Below, piece by piece: positions 25,252 to 31,016 of a DNA stretch of 31,016 nucleotides. This DNA is from Nanobdellota archaeon. GTDB lineage: Archaea; Nanobdellota; Nanobdellia; Woesearchaeales; JAHWHD01. Below the pieces are notes generated by a model, which was not told the DNA's origin, ran no database searches, and worked only from the letters and a program-made list of their open reading frames with translations. Location of the stretch: positions 1-31,016 of the forward strand of contig JAYENX010000045.1 of assembly GCA_034722435.1 (NCBI GenBank), read 5' to 3'. Positions within the stretch are counted from its first letter, which is position 1, and each line of letters begins with the position of its first letter. Position numbers and translations under genes: made by a program.

Positions 25252-28200
25252 TTTTGTTTTGTTTTAAAAAGTTTGTAAACTTTTCGATATAATTTAATAA
25301 TCTGCGTTCTAAGTAAAGGCCTTTGTTCTTTAGGAAGACTTTCATATAGATGTTTAATCTGGATATACGTGTGTCTTAAAAGTTTGAACCTGTGAGAGTG
25401 TACGTATTTTCTTGCCTTGATAATAAGGTTGTCAGTATGTATTATCAATTTAATTGTCTTGTAAAGTTTAATAATATCTTTCCTTATCACTTTACGTTGT
25501 CTCTTATTAAGTGATGCATATAGAGGAGTTATTAAAGCGTATTCTTCTTTAAGACTATAATAATTCCTTTCTTTCAGGTATCTATAGGATTTTCCAATAT
25601 GAATTCTAATTCTTCTAATTTTTCTTGCCAACCATAAGATAAATAAGATGAATGAGATTATGATAATGATAATAATTAATATAATCCACATAGGGAATTT
25701 GTATGGCGCTGCAAGACAAGGGGCACACACTCCACCACAATCTACACCTGTTTCTGTCTGATCCTTTATACCGTTGCTACAACCATGGTCAATAAATGGA
25801 CATCTTTCACGTTCAGATGGTTTAGCAAGTGTTGTACCGCAATTACTACTATCTTTACAAGTTCTGGTTCTGAAACCTGTTTCGTCCCAAGATCCCCAAT
25901 CTGAACAAGTCCAACTTTCATCACAAACAACAGCACCTCCGGTTATAGATCTAAACATTCGCGCAATTCTTGCGAAAAATCCAACAGGAGCCTCCTCTAC
26001 AGAACAACTTCCACAATCGTCTTGACAATTCGAACAAAGTTCTCCATAATTACATATACCATCACCACAATTTCTTGTAATAGGGCTAGGACCGATACCT
26101 AAGCCGGGATCTCCTTTATCAAGATGTACAGTATATTTTTGGAGACCTGGAGTCATCTCAAGTATTGTCTTCCAAGGTTTATCCTCGCAAGTTCCGACAC
26201 TATCACCTTGAGCTAAGTGCGCATCTAGAGCATTACAAGATATTGTAATGGTTTCTTCTTTTGAAGGATCATCTGCAGGAACATGACATACGTCAATTTT
26301 TCCTTCTTCATTACAGTTATAATTCTCATCTCTACAAATTCCAGTTTCAAAGTCCCAGTTAGTACATTTATACAAATTGTAATCGAAACCCACACAAAGA
26401 TATTCAGTTTCAAAATCTATTGTACAATGCTCTCCTACTTCATCGTTGATCCCTAATAAATAATCGAATTCTGTAAATTGTGAATTAGTAGGGGACTCTT
26501 CTTTGAATCTAAGCAAACTATCAATACGTTCTTTTAGTTCACTACTAATATCATTACAAATAATTTTCACGTCAGTTATCCAACCAGCATCAGGAGTGAA
26601 AGATTCGTCGTAATCTACAACCTCTTCTTCAATCACTTCTTCTTCAGGAAGAATGTAGATACAAGTACGACTTTCGGATGGTTTGAAGTATGAAGTTCCG
26701 CATAAATTTGAATCTACGCATTCTCTAGTTTGTATCCCTGAAGGAGGACACTCCGAAGGTGTCCAAGAACCACAAGACCAACTTTCAGTACAAGTCGTAG
26801 CACCTCCTCCGCCACCAGTGGAAGGAGTCGTTGTTTCAAGTATTGAGTAAGCTTCAAGAGTATCTACGTGGAAATAAAAGGTTTTATCAGTCGTATTTTG
26901 CGAAGCTGTGATTACTGACCAAGTGCCTTCGCATATTTGTTCAGTAAAGTTCCAATTATCGCAACCGTGCACTAATAGATTTGATTCTGTGCCGTATGAT
27001 AAGTCAGTATAGTTAATAGTAATGTTGGCACCACCTATAGATATTAAAGTGTCGTTTAAACCATAAGTTACCAAGTATCCTGTAACAGGAGTTTCTAGTT
27101 TGTCAAGACCTAACTCCGTAGGATTGTTTAAGTCCAAGATTAAATGTAAAAGTTTTACATCAATTGAGTCGTAAGAATATACAGATAAATCATATGTTCC
27201 GTTAGGTAGTGTGATTAATGCATTTCCTTCAAAAGACTCTTGATGTACTTGACTCGAAGTATTAAGGCTATAAAATGTTGCTGTGACATTCTGACCAGTT
27301 AAATTAAAATCAATTACGCTGAGGTTAAATGCGAATGCTTGCGCAACATTAAAAGTTCCGGTTGCGTTTACTAAATTTCCAGAAGTATCATTAGCGTAGA
27401 ATGTTACGTTGTGTTCACCAGTTATATTTGTAGTGTAGTTATTATCATTGTTTGAAAGATACCTAGTTTTAATGCTATTATTAGGAAGAGAAATATCTGC
27501 CCAAATCATATCAACAAGGAAATTATCTGATGCTGAAGCGTTAATGAAAACGTCGTTGTCTACGATAACTAAACTAGGATCGATTGTTGTTGTTAAGATT
27601 ACAGGAGGTTCTTGATCAACAACTGTAAAATTCGTTGTTTCAGTATCATTAATATTATTCGAAGTGTCATTAGCAATGATTGTTACATTATAATTTCCTA
27701 AATTATTAGTATTAGTAAAAATACCTGTGAAAAAATCATCATAATCAGGGTCTGTCAGAGTTATTATTTGATAAGTTGAATCCCAAGTAATATTTGCTAA
27801 AACAGTATCCAAGGCCGTCTCATCTAATACTGAAGCATTAATGGTTACTGAAGCACTATAATTAATTAAAGTATCAAGAACAGGGAGGATTATATTCACA
27901 GTTGGAGGGGTAATATCAAGAACAGTAAATGTTGTTGTTTCTGTATCGTTTACGTTGCTATAAATATCTGTTGCCATGATTGTCACATTGTGGATTCCTG
28001 CAGGTTCGTAAGCTGATGGGGTGAATTCGTAGAACCATACATCGCCACCGTTTTGTTGCATAGAGAAATCTTTAACAGAACCATTAACTGCATAAATTCT
28101 TGCGATGGCTGTGCTTACTCCACTTGCGTCAGTTATAGTTGCAGTTATATTTGTTACCTCTGTTTGGTTCACTGGAGAGGTAGCCGAAACACTAACTACT

Positions 28201-31016
28201 GAAGGAGGTGTTAAATCAGTTACATCAATATAATGAGTTTCTTCTGTTGAACTGTAATTTTCAGTTTCAAAGTAATAAAGAGTAATATTATGTGAAGCGA
28301 TTGAAGCGTAATTGGTTATATTAAATAAAGGACTAGAACCCGAATTAATTAAACTTGTATTTTCATATAACGATATATCTCCCTGACCAGTTACAAGATA
28401 ACCAGTAATATTAACATTATCGCCTGTTTCAACAGTGTAGTTCGCATCAGTTCCGTTCAATAGAAGATTTACTTCTGATTGTGCTTTGTTGATAGTATAA
28501 TTTGAACTGTTTGAAGCTGAAGTATAATTTGTAGTTGCTGAAACGTTACATATATATTCCCAATTACCAGCTGCAATATTAGTATAATTAATTTGGTTTT
28601 CTGTAGAGGATACATCCGTGTTGTTTCTATAAAGAGTTTCAGAAATTTCAACATTAGTACAGGAACAAGTAGCATTGACTCCTTCGTTATATACAGTTGA
28701 GGATTCAGGGTCAAAAGTTAAATAGCAAATTGATGTTGCTTGAGTTATACTTAAAGTGTTTGAGTATGTAACGTTCATATTGCCGGCAGTGTCGTTAGCG
28801 TACCAGAAGTAAGTATATGTTCCGACAGCTAAATCGAAAATAGTAATATTGAAATCATTTCCTAATTGTTCTATATTAGTATAGTTAACTCCATTGAATT
28901 CAAAAATAACATCATCTAACTGATAGTTATCTATCCAAGTTATATTGAAATGGTATGTTGCGTCAGAGGTGTATGTTACAGGAGTTGTAGGTGATTCGTT
29001 GTTTGAATAAGCAGGTGCGGATAAGTCAATAGTCAAAGTTCTTGTTTCAGCCTGGTTTTGGTTTCCAGCAGTGTCGTTACAATAACCAGTGTAAGTGTAA
29101 ATACCTTCAGTTAAAGGACCATAATTCCACCAGTAAAAAATATCTTTAGAACCGTCTTCAACGGAATTATTTACATTGTCGAATTCTATCCATTGCGTAT
29201 CAGGGAAGGATTCGTTACAAGTCAAGTTAAGAGTATGTGATTGTATATTAGTATAAATTGCATCAACGGGAGTTGGAAGAACCCAACCAGTATCTGAAAT
29301 CTCAGTCACATTTGGAGGAGTGCCATCCACATAGAACCAAGTGGATTTATTGTTTGAGTTTCCAACTTTATCAACTGCGTACGTTGTAATAGTATAATTT
29401 CCGTCAGGAAGTGATGAGACAGATATTAAATCATTCCAAACATATTGATTAGTCGCTAAGTTTACTGAGTTATGTAGTACTTGAGTTCCCGATTCATTAG
29501 TTATATTGTACTCGGAAAAATTTAACCAAGTATTGGAAACGTGAATATCAAGGTTAAAATCAGAGTTGTAGTGTGCCCCTGTTTGAGGAGGAGTTATGTG
29601 TTGTATTCCCGGAACAGTATTATCCAAAGTCCAATAAGTAAGATCATTGCCAATGTTGCCCTCTGTGTCATTTGCGTACACGACAAGAGTTAAATTAGTA
29701 AAGTTTTGTAAAGATATGGGGTATGGCCAAGTGTCGTTAGTGTATAGAGTACCATTGTAAATTTCTCCACCTAAGGAATTCATAATATTAGTGTCAAGCA
29801 GATTTCCTGCAAGAGTTCCATTATACGCTTCATACCATACAGAGTCCAAGTTAATGTCCGTGGCGTTACCTCTTAAGACTACTGTCCATCCTACTAAATC
29901 GTCATCTATAGGAGTTATTACAGTTACAACAGGATCAGTAGTATCTAAAATAGTTAAGTTATGTTCTTCGTATGAAGAGGTGTAATTTTCAGTTTCAGGA
30001 TAGTACGCAGAGATATTATGAGTATTAGGAGTTATGTAAATGCCGCTGTTACTTAGAGGAGACTGGCCTGAAATAAACATAACAGAATCATTGTAAACTT
30101 CAATATAACCTGATGAAGGAGTTACTAGGTGTGAATATATGTTAGCTAATTCTCCTGCTTCTATTGTAATGTTGTTATCGATTCCATTAAGGCTTAAATT
30201 TATTTCTGATGTTGCTTTGTTAATAGTATAATTAGAACTATTAGATGCAGAGGTATAGTTTGTGGTTGTTGAGACGTTACACACATATTCCCAGTTACCA
30301 GCAGCAATACCATAAGTTATGTTAATATTATTTTCAGTAGAGGTTACATCTGTATCATTTCTGTATAAGTTTTCGCCACCATTACTACAATAACAGCTAG
30401 CGTTTAGTCCATATCCGTAAGTTGTGCTTCCGGACGGGTCAAATTCTAAATAACAAACAGAGGTTCCTTGAGCAACTGTAAATGCTAATGCGTCTGTTAC
30501 GTTAAGATTTCCAGCTGTATCGTTGGCATACCAATAATAAGTGTAAGATGTAGCACTTAAGTCAGAGATAGTTATATTGAAATCGTTGCCAGTATTTTCT
30601 ATTTCGCCATCGTTAAAAGTATAATTGACCCCATTAAATTCAAAAATAACATTATCAACCGCCACATTATCTATCCAAGTTATATTGAAATGATAAAGAG
30701 TATCAGGAGAGTATTCGACACCTGAAGCAGGGCTAGAGTCGTTGTTTGACCATGCAGGTGCGTCTGTGTCTAAAGTAAATGTGAAGTTTGCAGTAGCACT
30801 TGCATTTAAACTATCGTTATCATAACATTCAACATTCCAAATATAATTACCATTATTGGTGAACCCAGAAACATTTATTTCAGATATTGAACCCTCATAT
30901 ATTTCTGAATCGTAAATTGTTTTATTTGCTACGAATGTTCCTGTACCATTATGGTATAAAGTACAGTTAGTGGCGTTATCGTCTGTTACTGTGAATTTAA
31001 ATGAAATGTTTTCTGT
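25248..31016 (-). CDS. Giant membrane-anchored surface glycoprotein (at least 1922 aa, 5'-truncated) with tandem Ig-like domains, TSP1-like and Cys-rich modules, a TM helix and a basic cytoplasmic tail
   Basis: Manual translation shows the frame is open from 30665 to the window edge (TENISFKFTVTDDNATNC...), so the track start is internal. Very many N-x-S/T sequons, repeated D.TPP / YANDT.GN Ig-like signatures, TM WIILIIIIIIISFILFILWL. ATGA overlap with cca. Confidence 0.92.
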   Translation of the reverse strand, partial: TENISFKFTVTDDNATNCTLYHNGTGTFVANKTIYDSEIYEGSISEINVSGFTNNGNYIWNVECYDNDSLNASATANFTFTLDTDAPAWSNNDSSPASGVEYSPDTLYHFNITWIDNVAVDNVIFEFNGVNYTFNDGEIENTGNDFNITISDLSATSYTYYWYANDTAGNLNVTDALAFTVAQGTSVCYLEFDPSGSTTYGYGLNASCYCSNGGENLYRNDTDVTSTENNINITYGIAAGNWEYVCNVSTTTNYTSASNSSNYTINKATSEINLSLNGIDNNITIEAGELANIYSHLVTPSSGYIEVYNDSVMFISGQSPLSNSGIYITPNTHNISAYYPETENYTSSYEEHNLTILDTTDPVVTVITPIDDDLVGWTVVLRGNATDINLDSVWYEAYNGTLAGNLLDTNIMNSLGGEIYNGTLYTNDTWPYPISLQNFTNLTLVVYANDTEGNIGNDLTYWTLDNTVPGIQHITPPQTGAHYNSDFNLDIHVSNTWLNFSEYNITNESGTQVLHNSVNLATNQYVWNDLISVSSLPDGNYTITTYAVDKVGNSNNKSTWFYVDGTPPNVTEISDTGWVLPTPVDAIYTNIQSHTLNLTCNESFPDTQWIEFDNVNNSVEDGSKDIFYWWNYGPLTEGIYTYTGYCNDTAGNQNQAETRTLTIDLSAPAYSNNESPTTPVTYTSDATYHFNITWIDNYQLDDVIFEFNGVNYTNIEQLGNDFNITIFDLAVGTYTYFWYANDTAGNMNVTYSNTLSITQATSICYLTFDPESSTVYNEGVNATCSCTNVEISETLYRNNTDVSSTENQINYTNIAAGNWEYICNVSATTNYTSASNSSNYTINKAQSEVNLLLNGTDANYTVETGDNVNITGYLVTGQGDISLYENTSLINSGSSPLFNITNYASIASHNITLYYFETENYSSTEETHYIDVTDLTPPSVVSVSATSPVNQTEVTNITATITDASGVSTAIARIYAVNGSVKDFSMQQNGGDVWFYEFTPSAYEPAGIHNVTIMATDIYSNVNDTETTTFTVLDITPPTVNIILPVLDTLINYSASVTINASVLDETALDTVLANITWDSTYQIITLTDPDYDDFFTGIFTNTNNLGNYNVTIIANDTSNNINDTETTNFTVVDQEPPVILTTTIDPSLVIVDNDVFINASASDNFLVDMIWADISLPNNSIKTRYLSNNDNNYTTNITGEHNVTFYANDTSGNLVNATGTFNVAQAFAFNLSVIDFNLTGQNVTATFYSLNTSSQVHQESFEGNALITLPNGTYDLSVYSYDSIDVKLLHLILDLNNPTELGLDKLETPVTGYLVTYGLNDTLISIGGANITINYTDLSYGTESNLLVHGCDNWNFTEQICEGTWSVITASQNTTDKTFYFHVDTLEAYSILETTTPSTGGGGGATTCTESWSCGSWTPSECPPSGIQTRECVDSNLCGTSYFKPSESRTCIYILPEEEVIEEEVVDYDESFTPDAGWITDVKIICNDISSELKERIDSLLRFKEESPTNSQFTEFDYLLGINDEVGEHCTIDFETEYLCVGFDYNLYKCTNWDFETGICRDENYNCNEEGKIDVCHVPADDPSKEETITISCNALDAHLAQGDSVGTCEDKPWKTILEMTPGLQKYTVHLDKGDPGLGIGPSPITRNCGDGICNYGELCSNCQDDCGSCSVEEAPVGFFARIARMFRSITGGAVVCDESWTCSDWGSWDETGFRTRTCKDSSNCGTTLAKPSERERCPFIDHGCSNGIKDQTETGVDCGGVCAPCLAAPYKFPMWIILIIIIIIISFILFILWLARKIRRIRIHIGKSYRYLKERNYYSLKEEYALITPLYASLNKRQRKVIRKDIIKLYKTIKLIIHTDNLIIKARKYVHSHRFKLLRHTYIQIKHLYESLPKEQRPLLRTQIIKLYRKVYKLFKTKQK
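28205..29027 (-). repeat. Internal duplication unit B of the giant protein (about 275 aa)
   Basis: Aligns by eye with 29935-30770, e.g. YHFNITWIDN..DxVIFEFNGVNYT and AAGNWEYxCNVSxTTNYTSASNSSNYTINKA. Boundaries approximate. Confidence 0.85.
29935..30770 (-). repeat. Internal duplication unit A of the giant protein (about 280 aa)
   Basis: Partner of 28205-29027, offset 1743 nt at the APAxSNN anchor. Boundaries approximate. Confidence 0.85.

Noticed and set aside
1396-29985. Short antisense or out-of-frame ORFs in the track (e.g. 1396-1596, 3905-4198, 7825-8262, 9829-10203, 16223-16519, 20195-20500, 23646-23960, 25774-26025)
   Set aside because: They lie inside well-supported genes and show no motifs or ribosome-binding sites, so they are shadow ORFs.
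30663-30665. Track start codon of the giant protein
   Set aside because: The frame stays open to the window edge and there is no signal peptide at this position.
1-31016. CRISPR arrays, tRNA/rRNA genes, IS elements, inteins
   Set aside because: No regularly spaced repeats, cloverleaf signatures, transposase motifs or extra insertions in Lhr or TopA were seen by eye. tRNAscan-SE and Infernal would be needed to exclude small RNAs fully.

Overview
AT-rich, gene-dense archaeal chromosomal segment. A DPANN lineage (Woesearchaeota-like) is inferred from the archaeal class I CCA-adding enzyme, Tyw1, Lhr, TATA-box promoters, GGAGG/GAGGTGA ribosome-binding sites and Cys-rich surface proteins. Housekeeping genes are lhr, nth, two YprB-like DEDD exonucleases, an RsuA-family pseudouridine synthase, tyw1, a metallophosphoesterase, an AAA+/VWA pair, a geranylgeranyl-reductase-family flavoprotein, a UbiB/ABC1 kinase with a phasin-like partner, topA and cca. 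The window ends inside a giant (at least 1922 aa) surface glycoprotein gene. The main oddities are: (1) a 38-bp promoter element (31/38 identical) exactly 23 nt upstream of both lhr and one exonuclease gene, a candidate DNA-repair regulon box; (2) a MaoC-like dehydratase fused to a FabI-like enoyl reductase; (3) a tandem pair of Hanks-type kinases, each apparently lacking a different catalytic residue; (4) a PhaF-like phasin with a histone-like tail; and (5) several small ORFs missed by the ORF track. No tRNA, rRNA, CRISPR array, transposase or integrase was seen. All family calls come from motif recognition by eye, with no database search.
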